A DNA stretch of 64,000 bases from positions 3,844,001 through 3,908,000 of the forward strand of contig NC_043024.1 of the NCBI RefSeq assembly GCF_006345805.1. The letters run 5' to 3'. Of this stretch, positions 1 to 11,890 are shown one piece after another. The translations under genes were made by a program, and so were the position numbers. The DNA comes from Octopus sinensis (lineage: Eukaryota). Numbering within the stretch: position 1 is the stretch's first letter; every line of letters starts with the position of its first letter. The notes under the pieces were generated by a model that worked only from the letters and a program-made list of their open reading frames with translations, was not told the origin of the DNA and did no database searches.

Positions 1-191
1 ATTGAATCCACTTGATGCATGCAAGATCTACTACAGATAGATAGATAAATGGATAGATAGATAGATGGATAGATAGATAGGTAGGTAGGTAGGTAGGTAG
101 GTAGGTAGGTAAGTAGGTGGGTAAGTAGGTAGGTAGGTAGGTAAGTAGGTAGGTAGGTAGGTAAGTAGGTAGGTGGGTAGATAGATAGACA

Positions 192-872
192 GATTTCTTT
201 ATTAGCCACACGGGGTTCGACACAGAGAGGACAATACAATGTAGAGTTTTTCTTTTCGAGGTGGGGCGAAAACAAATAAAAAAGGGACAACAAAATCGTT
301 GGGGCGTATAAAAAATCGAAATGGTAGTATAAAAAACAGAGTTCCCAAAAGTGGGGAGGTGTAACCATGGAAAGAAAAACCTACGAAAAAACCACAGTAA
401 CCTTGGGCAATAGCGTAATACGAAAACACATTAGAATAAGTTACTATCTTTTCCCTTTCTTTTCTGGTTCATAGGATTATGCTCAAGGTGGTTCCGTCAT
501 TCATATGCGCCATCCTTGCTACATTCACCCAGATAGATAGGTAGGTAGGTAGAGAGATAGATGGATAAGTGAATAGATATGTTTCTTTATTAGCCACACA
601 GAGCTGCACACAGACGGGACAGATTACAAAGTAGAGCTTTTCTTTTTTGGGGAAAAAAAGGTGGGGTAGGTTGTCGATCAAAAGGGGTCGTAAAAGGGAA
701 AAAAGAAAAAAAGGAAAAGAAACAAAAGAAAAAAAAAGCGATCAATAGGGATCGTGTATCGCGGTGTCATGATGTAAAGTGTAAAGGAAAAAGCAGATAA
801 GGTTTATCCGTAGGACGAAAAGCCTACGGAAAAGACCACGGTAACCTCGGTCAATATTGTTACATGTTACCA
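192..872 (-). mobile_element. Two tandem 3'-end fragments of a LINE-like retroelement (AATAAA followed by a (TATC/TACC)n tail)
   Basis: 580-872 matches 33281-33580 in reverse; 472-535 encodes WVNVARMAHMNDGTTLSIIL, also found at about 33195-33258. Confidence 0.55.
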
Positions 873-879
873 TTATATT

Positions 880-1980
880 ACCGCCTATTACTTGTCAAGC
901 TTCAAGCATATAGGTTCCATCCGGATATTGTACGATGGGTTGGTGCTTTCCTCTCAGATCGCTCCTTCCAAGTCCAAGTTAATGGTTCGCGGTCCGACGT
1001 CTCCAGTGCGAGCAGTGGCGTGCCTCAAGGTTCAGTACTTGGGCCCTTATTGTTCTTAGTCTTCATAAATGACTTGCTCAACGACCTCACGCAACACACC
1101 CTTCTATTTGCCGACGATGTCAAACTGGTCGCTCCTCGCGGTGATATAGAGGATCTTCGTCGATGCCTCCACCAAATTTGGAGGTGGTCTAACGAATGGG
1201 ACCTGTGTCTGAACGTGTCAAAGTGCTGTCATCTGCCTGTTGGCTCTCCTCCTGCAACTCAACTTGATTTCGAGCCGGGTCGTCTGCTGCTGGAGAGGAC
1301 CGATTAGGTAAAGGACCTGGGTATCTTGGTGGATTCCTCCTTTTCGCCTTCGGCCCAGTGCGTCCATGCTGCCAACAAAGCATGCGGAATTCTGTTCTTG
1401 ATTCGACGGTCATTCGGAATGCTCACAGCAGCCATTTTCCTACCGCTCTATGTCACGCTGGTGAGACCCTTATTGGAGTACGGGATTCAAGCCTCTTCTC
1501 CTTATCTCTTCAAAGACATACAGCATCTCGAAAGAGTCCAGAAGCTGTCTTGGTTTCAAGCATTTGTCTTATGAAGAAAGGCTGAAGACGCTCGACTTTT
1601 ATTCTCTAGAAAAACGCCGACGCCGTGGTGATCTCATTCTCGCTCACAACATCATAAGCGGAAAGTGTAACCTCTCGAAAGAGCTGTTCTTCACTCCTGC
1701 TCTAGAGCGTCGGCTGCGGGGTCATTCCGAAAAGCTCTATCTGCGACGATTTCATCTCAATCGAAGGAGAGGGGCTTTCTCCGTCCGGGTTGCGGATCCG
1801 TGGAACAAGCTGCCAGACGAGATGGTGAAGATGCCGACGACCGCTTTGTTCAAAGTCTCCCTTGACCTCAAGTGGCCTGAACTCTTTACATGAACACCAC
1901 CCTGTACATAACTCCATGTCCCCCTACATGGCCTTGCTTTTTGCTTTTTGAGCCAAAAATTAACTAACTAACTAACTAAA
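880..1980 (+). mobile_element. 5'-truncated CR1-clade LINE (RT C-half, 3' UTR, (ACTA)n tail), inactivated
   Basis: GVPQGSVLGPLLF, FADD, KDLG, YGIQA, RRRGDLI, WNKLP; in-frame TAG at 1305 and a frameshift near 1550. Confidence 0.93.
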
Positions 1981-1982
1981 TT

Positions 1983-2380
1983 AAGGCAGCGAGCTGGCAG
2001 AAACGTTAGCACGTCTGGCGAAATGCGTAGCCGTATTTCGTCTGCCGTTACGTTCTGAGTTCAAATTCCGCCGAGGTCGACTTTGCCTTTCATCCTTTCG
2101 GGGGCGATTAAATAATTACCAGTTACGCACTGGGATCGATATAATCGACTTAATCCGTTTGTCTGTCCTTGTTTGTCCTCTCTGTGTTTAACCCGTTGTG
2201 GGTAGTAAAGAAATAAGTATTTCGTGTGCCGTAACGTTTTGAGTTCAAATTCCGCCGAGGTCGTCTTTGTCTTTCATCCTTTCGGGGTTAATAAATTAAG
2301 TACTAGTTGCGTACTGGGGCCGATCTAATCGACTGGCCCCCACCCAACAAAATTTTGGGCCTTGTGCCTAGAGTAGAAAA
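1983..2380 (+). mobile_element. SINE family B (tRNA-like head, ...GAGGTCGACTTTGCCTTTCATCCTTTCGGGG... core) with a partial internal repeat
   Basis: A/B-box-like TGGCAGAAACG and GAGTTCAAATTCC; many near-identical copies in the window. Confidence 0.8.
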
Positions 2381-2673
2381 GATTATTATTAAGCAGTAAT
2401 GTTTTCTGCTAAAGGCAAAAAATACTTTTGTATGCTGGATTGTTCTGAATATTGGTTTCAAATTTTGGGACAAGGCCAGTAGTTTCGGGGAAGTAGGTGA
2501 GTCGATTACGTCGACATCAGTACTCAACTGGCCCTTCTTATCTAACACACACACTGATTCGATTTCCACTGATTTATTATATATTTTCTTCTAACACTTT
2601 CGTTTCTTTTCAATCCTGTCAATGGATGTTGACGCCGACCGCTATGTATATATATATATATATATATCATATA

Positions 2674-3050
2674 AGAGTGGCTGTGTTGTAAGTAGCTTGG
2701 TTGCGTGTTGTGTGGCACCTTGAGCAAGTCTCTTCTACTATAGCCTCGGGCCGACCAAAGCCTTGTGAGTGGATTTGGTAGACAGAAACTGAAAGAAGCC
2801 TGTCGTATATATGTATATATATATATATATGTATGTGTGTTTATGTATGTTTGTGTGTCTGTGTTTGTCGCCCCAACATTGCTTGACAACCGATGCTGGT
2901 GTGTTTACGTCCCCGTAACTTAACGGTTCTGCAAAAGAGACCGATAGAATAAGTACTAGGCTTACAAAGAATAAGTCCTGGGTCGATTTGCTTGATTAAA
3001 GGCGGTGCTCCAGCATGGCCACAGTCAAATGACTGAAACAAGTAAAAAAA
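2674..3050 (+). mobile_element. SINE family A (tRNA-derived head, internal TA/TG microsatellite, ...GCGGTGCTCCAGCATGGCC...GAAACAAGTAAAAGAG tail)
   Basis: Homologous to more than 15 other copies in the window; A box TGGCTGTGTGG, with the B box GGTTCAGTCCC present in full copies. Confidence 0.85.
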
Positions 3051-3147
3051 GGATATATATATTACACACACAGACACACACACACAGACATATCGTTTGT
3101 AGAAAACAAATCCGGAGGAGAAGTACACTCTGAGATGTAGAGTGGTG

Positions 3148-3341
3148 TATATTTTAAAAATGGGGAATGCCGGTTTATAGGATTGCCCCTCCATAAAGGG
3201 TTTAGCTTTATGGTGTATCGTCAGACAGCAAAACCTGTTGGCCTAAGACCTCTTCAAAATATGGAGGGGAAAGCTAAACTCTTTATGAACGGAATATCCA
3301 GGATAATCCCATAAACCGGCCTTCCCCATTTTAAAAATATA
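3148..3341. repeat. Foldback/MITE-like element with about 37-bp imperfect terminal inverted repeats
   Basis: TATATTTTAAAAATGGGGAATGCCGGTTTATAGGATT vs AATCCCATAAACCGGCCTTCCCCATTTTAAAAATATA; inner IR CATAAAGGGTTTAGCTT / AAGCTAAACTCTTTATG. Confidence 0.7.
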
Positions 3342-4536
3342 TATATATTATACTTCGTTTTATTTTTATCTGGCTTGCGAGATTCTTTATGTGAATTCGT
3401 TTGTTAAAGCAAATTTTGTTGTCTGAAGGGAGTCATATTGTCTTAATGCCTTTATTATCTAACACACACACCGGTTTGATTTCCACTCATTTATTATTTA
3501 TATATTTTCTTCCAAAGTTTTCGTTGTTTTTGCAACCTTGAGTGAAAAGTCCTAAATTTATAGTCGGAAGTATAGTTCAAGGGAAATAACTCTAAAAGTA
3601 TTATTACGTAGTTGCTTTGCATGGCTTGCTAAATTGACCTTCTTCGTGGGAGATAGATTTTACGAAGACATTTTTTATCGTTTTTAAATATTATTAAATA
3701 TTCGTTTCTATTCTAGGCAGAAGGTTCGAAGTTTTTGAGGAGGGGGGGGGGCAGTCGATTACGCAACTGGTACTTAATTTATCGACCTCGAAAGGACGGA
3801 TGGCAAAGTCGACCTCGGCAGAATTTGAACTCAGAACATAAAGACGAATCCACTCGGGTCCTTTTTTTATTTTAAGGCTAGTACTTATTCCATCAGCCTC
3901 CATCGGTCTCTTTTGCCGAACCGCAATGTTACGAAGATGTAATCATACCGACATCGGTTGTCAAGCTGTGGTGGGGGACAAACACAGACACAGACACACA
4001 CACACACTCACGCAGACACACACACACACACACGGCAGGCTTCTTTCAGTTTCCGCCTATTCACTACACTAGTGGCTCGAGGCTATATTAGAAAATACAT
4101 GCTCAAGATACCACGCAGTGAGTATGTGTGTGCGCGCGCGTATGGATATTTAAAGAAAGATTTTCTAAACTCCTGAAATTTTGAGGGATAGGGCCAGCCA
4201 AGTACATCGACCCCAGGTTTTGATTAGGCCTTATCTTGTTCATCGGCGGAATTTGAACACAGCATGTGAAGTGTCGGATGAAATTCAACGAGACATTTTT
4301 ATCCGGCGTAATTTTCATTCGATTCTGTCAGCTCCTTTTAAGATTTTCTTAATTATATAAAATTTTAAGGTATTTTTTATATAATTAATGATTTTTAATT
4401 TAAGAAAATCATTCCTCAAATATTTTTACTTTATCAAGAATTTGCACACACACACACACGTTCATGCATGCATATGTATATACTCATGCATACATGCATA
4501 TATATATATATATATCCATGTATGTGCATGCGTTTG

Positions 4537-4604
<68 letters not shown>

Positions 4605-4827
4605 CAGTGTACATTTAATGGCCATAATGGGGCATTCAAACCGCTAGAAGGAATTGTTAAACTCCAAACCACTATTTGGAGTAATTTAAAAGGGAATGAA
4701 AAATAAAAACAATTATTTTTCATTCCCTTTTGAAATTACCCCTAATAATAGTTTGGATTTTAACTATTCCTTCTAGCGAGTTAGATGTCCCATTATGGCC
4801 ATCTCATATGTGTTTAAATGTACACTG
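4605..4827. mobile_element. Tc1/mariner-type MITE, 223 bp
   Basis: Perfect 14-bp TIR CAGTGTACATTTAA/TTAAATGTACACTG, subterminal TGGCCATAATGGG IR, TA on both flanks. Confidence 0.85.
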
Positions 4828-4922
4828 TATTTATATGAATAATATATAGTCTATTGACTAGTTTTTTTCTTCACGCTAGACCACTGGTAGCAAAAAATTT
4901 CTAAAAATATATATATATATAT

Positions 4923-4998
<76 letters not shown>

Positions 4999-5003
<5 letters not shown>

Positions 5004-5290
5004 AAGAAATGGCGTTAAAAGCAGGTACCACTCAAATCCCCACACTTCTGACGCATGTTTCGAAGAAAACACCGGCACTGCTCCAGACGGAAGAAAACGA
5101 TGCAAAACAATGCTATCCTCTCATCAGGGAAATAAAGAGAAACAAGGCACATCACATTTCCCTGATGAGAGGATCGCATTGTTTTGCATCGTTTTCTTCC
5201 GTCTGGAGCAGTGCCGGTGTTTTCTTCGAAACATGCGTCGGAAGTGTGGGGATTTGAGTGGTACCTGCGTTTAACTCCATTTCTTTATTT
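4999..5290. repeat. Long inverted repeat (two 135-bp arms, 22-nt spacer), each arm carrying a hammerhead motif; probably Penelope-derived
   Basis: 4999-5133 is near-perfectly complementary to 5156-5290. Confidence 0.9.
5156..5245 (+). ncRNA. Type I hammerhead ribozyme motif with an expanded stem II loop
   Basis: Stem I ATTTCC/GGAAGT, CTGATGA 5162-5168, stem II GAGG/CTTC, GAAA 5228-5231, stem III AC-ATGC-GT, GTC cleavage triplet 5237-5239. Confidence 0.75.
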
Positions 5291-5444
5291 ATCTATGTCA
5301 TACAAAAACATTTCATTAAAACCTGGAATTTCTACCTTTATAAGTAGGCTGTAACATCTTTGGTACTTATGTGAATTTTTTCTACCCTGGTAAGCTATTT
5401 ATTAATTTTTTTCCGTGTTATTTGTACAAACGGAAAAAATACAC

Positions 5445-5477
<33 letters not shown>

Positions 5478-5859
5478 TGTATGTATGTATGTATGTATGT
5501 ATATACATACATACATAAATACATACATAATACATAAATGCATGTATACATACATAAATGCATACATACATACATACATACATACGTACATACATACATA
5601 CATACATACATACACCCATACATACATACATAAATGCTTGCCTACATACATAGATACATGCGCACATACATACATACATACATACATACATACATAAATG
5701 CATACATACATACACACATAAATGCATGTATACACACACGTATTTTACATACATAAATGCTTGCATACATACATATGCATACACACCCACCCACACACAG
5801 AGATATTTATACACACTAAGATCTCTTCCACAATCCTCACCCACGTAACTGAAAACAGA

Positions 5860-6130
5860 TCAATTATCTTCGATGTTATAAATATATTTCAAAAGAAAGT
5901 AATATTCCAAGGAGACAATCTGTCTGTGCTTTTGTTTATTCTGGCAACGCAGCCTCTGTCACTTTATTTCATCAAGATCCATCAGTGATGACGCGTCAGG
6001 GTTTAGAACAGTCAGACACACCAATGGAATTGAAGCTTTCTTGGTGAACTCTCCAAAGTTCTGTAAGAAAAATATTTACAATTGCGAGAAACGGCTGGAT
6101 TTAGTAACATCTGTTGATAAAAAGGATGGA
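5860..6130 (+). mobile_element. Degenerate RT fragment of an R4/Dong-like non-LTR retrotransposon
   Basis: KKVIFQGDNLSVLLFILATQPLS resembles RT motif GIFQGDSLSPLLF; a decayed downstream segment follows. Confidence 0.6.
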
Positions 6131-6213
6131 GTTCGGCCAAAAGAAATCTTTTCTTTTACGTATTTCAGCCGTTGGAATACGGCCATGCTGGGGCACCATC
6201 TTAGAGGGTTAGT

Positions 6214-6836
6214 CAAAGGGTTCTCAACCATTTTTTGCTTATGGACCCCATTGATTTCTATTTTACTTCTGTGGACCCCATTCCCATAACATAGCCATTC
6301 GTTGTGTAAAAAAACTCCAATTGTAATTTTATAATTAAATATTATTAGGACTTGTATAAAAATGACTGGCACCCTGCTGGTGGTACATAAAAACACCATT
6401 CGAGCGTGGCCGATACCAGTGCTGCCTGACTGGGACCCGTGTCGGTGGCATGTACAAAGCACCATTCAAGCGTAGCCGATGCCAGTGCCACCTGACGGAT
6501 ACCCGTGTCACTACACTCTCGGAGTGGTTGGCGTTAGGAAGGGCATCAAGCTGTAGAAACCTTGCCAAATTAATATGGAGCCCGGTGCATCCTCCCGGCT
6601 CGCCAGTCCTCAGTCAAACCATCCAAGCCATGCCAGCATGGAAAGCGGACGTTAAACGACAATGATGGTTTTGTGCATTGTAGGCGTATAACTAACTTAT
6701 CTGACATTAACTTTTCTGGTGTGAAGCACAGATTTTCATGGTTCTTGAAAAATTACCGTGGACCCCAATATGCTATATTGCATATGTGGACCCTAAGATC
6801 TTCAGCGTCCATATGGACTCTGGGTGAGAATCCTCG
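6214..6836. mobile_element. Decayed hAT-type MITE interrupted by a family C SINE (about 6367-6668)
   Basis: Degenerate TIRs CAAAGGGTTCTCAACC / GGGTGAGAATCCTCG; internal ATGGACCCC motifs. Confidence 0.5.
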
Positions 6837-7133
6837 TTTAGTCGAAGAAATCGACCCCCAGGAGTTTTGTTTTAAAGTCTTGTACTTATTTTATTGGTGG
6901 TTTTTGTTGAACCGTTAAGTTATGGGAAATGTAAACCAGCCTAAAACTGGTTCTCGAGGATGATGGTGGCGACATACACACACGCAGACAAACACACCCA
7001 TACACAAGCACACCACACACACACAGGCACACAGATACATACACACACACAAATGCAAACACATACAATAACGGAGATACACAAAGCACACACAAACAGA
7101 CACACAGACACACACACACACACACACACAAAC

Positions 7134-7178
<45 letters not shown>

Positions 7179-7481
7179 CATACACAGGACGAGCTCCCAC
7201 AAGCATTTTCCGTCAACGGAATTTACTCACAAGATATTGGTCAGAACCATGGCCATTGTAGAAGACCCTTGCTCAAGGTACTGCGCATTGAGACTGAACC
7301 CGAATCTCCGTGGTTACGCGGCGAACTTCTAAACAACACAGCTGCACTTGCTAATAGATCTGCAGATCTGAGAGATGAACGTGAAAAGAGACAACCCCCA
7401 TCCCTCACCCCCGCAAACTGTTCTCTCAACCGTAAATCTTTTCCACAATCATCTTTCTTTCTTTCTCTCTCTCTCTCTCTG

Positions 7482-7604
<123 letters not shown>

Positions 7605-7771
7605 CATGTTGCCTCCCATATTTGGTTATCTGCCAATTGATTTAGTTCCAACTTTATCCAATTCTCCATCGTCGTATTTTACAATCCCAACAGTTCGGTC
7701 AATACGACGACCAACTTCATCACAGACTAAAGTGCAACGTTTGCTTGTCATACCACCCATCTCCGCTCCAC

Positions 7772-7823
<52 letters not shown>

Positions 7824-7977
7824 CTCACAGAGGTTGGAGCCTCTGTGCAAGGCATGGCCAAACTTTTCCAAGAAGCAGGCTGCATGTGATAAGGCTCATC
7901 ATCCGGCGAGCCGAACTACAAACAAAACTCAACGTAACTTTTCATTGTGCACGCAAACAAGATAGTCCCGTGGAATG

Positions 7978-8177
7978 CAGTTAACGGATTCTAGATCCAC
8001 GCGGTAATAAAAACGGACAGAAAGATATTCCTCAATTGTTTCTCTTTTGGTTCATGAACTTTTGTATTCTCTTTTTCAATATCTAATCACGAGCCAGGAG
8101 GACACGTGATTTGAGGAATGTCTTTCTGTCGGTTTTAGCACTTCTTATGACCGCGTGGATCTAGGATCAGTAAACTG
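7978..8177. repeat. Foldback element with about 55-bp imperfect inverted arms
   Basis: CAGTTAACGGATTCTAGATCCACGCGGT...GATATTCCTCAA vs TTGAGGAATGTC...ACCGCGTGGATCTAGGATCAGTAAACTG. Confidence 0.7.
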
Positions 8178-8716
8178 TGTTTCACGAGATTACCTTATTT
8201 GTGCGAACAATGAAAAATTACCTTGAATTTTATTATCAATTATAATTGATAGTGCTACCCCTTTACAGCTAGACAGACAGAGTGCGTCTACTGACAGGTA
8301 GGTGGATTGAAGGACACATGAGCCAACGATGAATGCTTCTACAGTGTTACTCAATCTACTAAAAATAACACATCAAATCGAATCTCAAAGCAAACATAGA
8401 AGCGTTGCTGACAAAATGAAATGGAAAATAACACGCAAATAGGCTGCGTGGGTAAGAAGCTCGTTTCACAAGCAAGTGGTTTCGGGTTCACAGCCCCCGC
8501 GCGGTGCCTTGGGCAAGTCTCTTCTACAATAGTCCCGGACCAATGAATGCCTTGTGAATAAAATTGGTTGTCAGAAACCATGAGAAACGTGTGGTAACCC
8601 ATCATATATATATATATAGAGTTGGAATTTACAAAAACAAAACAAAACAAAAGACGAAGACGGGTGTGTAAACAACAAACAGATGTATTAGTTTAACGCT
8701 AGGGAAGTGAGAAAGT

Positions 8717-8752
8717 CTCTTACGTTTCGAGCCTTCGCTCTTCAACAGAAAG
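8717..8752 (-). ncRNA. Minimal hammerhead-like motif with a variant CUGUUGA core, within a dispersed repeat (about 8640-8830)
   Basis: CTTT-CTGTTGA-A-GAGC-GAAG-GCTC-GAAA-C-GT-A-AGAG. Confidence 0.45.
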
Positions 8753-9081
8753 GAACATAGAAATAAGCAGAGAAAAAAAAGGTTTAGTGGCTAGCGATCA
8801 GTCTTGGCGAATGCCGGACAGAAGAGGTCAGACAGGAGAGATAAAAAGAAGGGGAGATAAAAATTACTAGAGTTTCCTTCACAGCTTCGCTTTCCATATA
8901 TGTATATGTGTGTATGTATGTAGGTGTTCCTGTATGTATATGTGTTAATATGTTTATGCATATATGTATATGCTTATGTGTATGTATTTATTTTGAATGC
9001 ATCCATCAAAACATGTCGATGATATGACGATATAAATGATTTAATAACATCTTGAACATTTGTTTCCTTTTTCAATTTTTC

Positions 9082-9166
<85 letters not shown>

Positions 9167-9204
9167 TAGATAGATAGATATGCGCACACACATTCATATG
9201 TATA

Positions 9205-9633
9205 TATGGTTTGCCAATTTGCTGAGGCAGTTATGAAAGGCTATCAAAACCAAACGCCCAGGGCTCTTGTTTCTTTAGGACAATGCACCAACACAAGTCT
9301 TTGGTTTCAATGGCTGCAGTGAGTGACCGTAGCATTGAATTGGTTGATCACTCACCCTAGTCTCCTCCCACCTGACGATGATCTGTTCCTCAACATGAGA
9401 AAAAAAAGCACGTGATTGGGAACCAGTATCGCGGTGATGATGACGTCATATCTGCTGTTGACTTTTTTGAGCAACAGTATGAAAGCCTCTTCTCCAATGG
9501 GAGCCAAGCACTGCTACACCGATGGAATGAGTGTGTGGACTACAGAGGGGACAATGTTGAAAAGTACACCTGATTGGTCAGATTCCATGAGAATATCTTG
9601 ATCAGCTTATGAAGTTTTCAGCCAACCGGCGTA
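9205..9633 (+). mobile_element. Mariner (DD34D-type) transposase C-terminal remnant with 3' TIR
   Basis: Decayed AIKTKRPG..QDNAP..ELVDHSP..LFLNM..DDDVISAV..ALLHRWNECVDYRGDNVEK; ends CTTATGAAGTTTTCAGCCAACCGGCG-TA. Confidence 0.8.
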
Positions 9634-10274
9634 TATGTTTGCATGTATGTATGTATGTATGTATGCATGTATGTATGTATGTATGTATGTATGTATGTAT
9701 GTATGTATGTGTGTATGTATGTGTGTGTGTATGTATGCATGTATGTATGTATGTATGTATAGTAATGTATGTATGTATGTATGTATGTATGTATGTATGT
9801 ATGTATGTATGTATGTATGTATGTATGTATGTATGTGTGTATGTATGTATGTATGTATGTATGTATGTATGAATGTATGTGTGTATGTATGCATGTATGT
9901 ATGTATGTATGTGTGTATGGAAATAGCAGCCAAATCTCCCTATAAACACACTCTATCATGTTAAATCAAAAAGGGAGAAAGCGCGAGCGAATAAGAGATT
10001 CTATCGTAGTTTAGTTGATATACCTGTTGTGGAATATGAACCAGCGACCTCTCCGATTATCTGATTCCCTACTGAGTTTCCGTTTGACTTAATTATATAA
10101 AGTGCTCGTACCATTATGGCTTCGAAAAGTACACTGACAAAGGAAACAATGCCCGTATACGTGTACATATAACACACATACACATATACATATGTATATA
10201 CAAGTTTATACGCATATATATACGCTCATATGCATTTATATGTTTGTATATATTTATGTATATGTACATATATG

Positions 10275-10402
<128 letters not shown>

Positions 10403-10675
10403 ACCATTTTCTATATCTCTGTCCGTGTTGGTGGCATTTTTGTTGAAGAACAATAAACAAAACAACAGATGTCCATACACACACACATACACATATGCAT
10501 GCACTCACACACACACACACACACATATATATATGTGTGTGTGTGTGTATGTATATATATATATATGTATATATATATGTGTGTGTGTGTGTGTGTATGG
10601 ACATCTGTTGTTTTGTTTTGTTTATTGTTTTTCAACAAAAATGCCACCAACACGGACAGAGATATAGAAAATGGT

Positions 10676-10716
<41 letters not shown>

Positions 10717-10882
10717 AATAGCGTTTCTCTACATAATTAACGAGGTTTTGTATTTCAGTCATTTCTGTGTGGTTCCAATAAACCAACACTAGTTATTTAT
10801 TAATTAATGAAGTTCATTAAGTCTTTAATCACTTCAGATGACAACCGGTTCATCATTTAGGACAAAAAATATCCATTAGGAT

Positions 10883-10918
<36 letters not shown>

Positions 10919-10963
10919 AGGGAGAGGGGAAAAGAGAAAGAGAAAAAAGAACAATTATCATTC

Positions 10964-11890
10964 GGACATTTATTAATGGACATCTGTGGTTAGACATTTT
11001 TTGGTGGACATCTGTTGTTGGACTCTGTTGGTGAACATCTGTTGGCAGACACCTGTTGTTGGACATCTGTTGCACATCAGATGGTGGACACCTGTTGATC
11101 GATACCTGTTATTAGACATGTGTTGGTGGATATCTGTTGTTGGACATCTATTAGTGGGCATCTGTTGTTGGACGTCTGTTGTTGGTCGTCTGTTGTTGGT
11201 CGTCTGTTGTTCGATGTCTGTTGTTGGTCGTCTGTTGTTGGATGTCTGTTTTTGGTCGTCTGTTGTTGGATGTCTGTTGTTGGACGTCTGTTGGTGGACA
11301 TCTGCTTTGGATATGTTGTTGTACAACTGCTGGCGGACACCTATTGATTGACATCTGTTAGACTTATGTTGGTGGACATCTGTGGTTTGACACCTATGAG
11401 TGGATATCTCTTGATGTACATCTATTGGTGGACGTCTACTGGTGGCCATCTGTTGTTAGGCGTTTGTTGCTGGACAGCAGTTGGACAGTTATTGGTGGTT
11501 TTCTGTTGATGAACATCTCTTGTTGAACGTCTGTTGCTGGATATCTGTTGTTGGATGTCTGTTGTCGGACGTCCGTTGGTGGACATCTGCTTTTGGGCAC
11601 CTGTTGTTGGACATCTGCTTTTGGGCACCTGTTGTTGGACATCAGATGATGGACATCTGGGGTGGGCATCTGCTGTTGTACATCTGTTGTTGGACATTTG
11701 TTGGAGGATATCTGTTGATGAACATGTGTTGGTGGATATTTTTTATTGGAATATTTGTCTGCTGCCGGACATCTGTTGATGGACGTCTGTTAATAGCTGT
11801 CCGTTGTTGGATGTCTGCTATTGGACAAGTGTTGTTAAAAAAAATCCCCAAAATGTTTTATTATACAAGTGTTATTAGATGTCTGTCATT
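10964..11890. repeat. 14-bp minisatellite (consensus GGACATCTGTTGTT), roughly 65 units, fading out to about 12240
   Basis: Direct reading of successive 14-nt units; explains the TTDVQQQ/LLLDVCCW ORFs. Confidence 0.92.
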
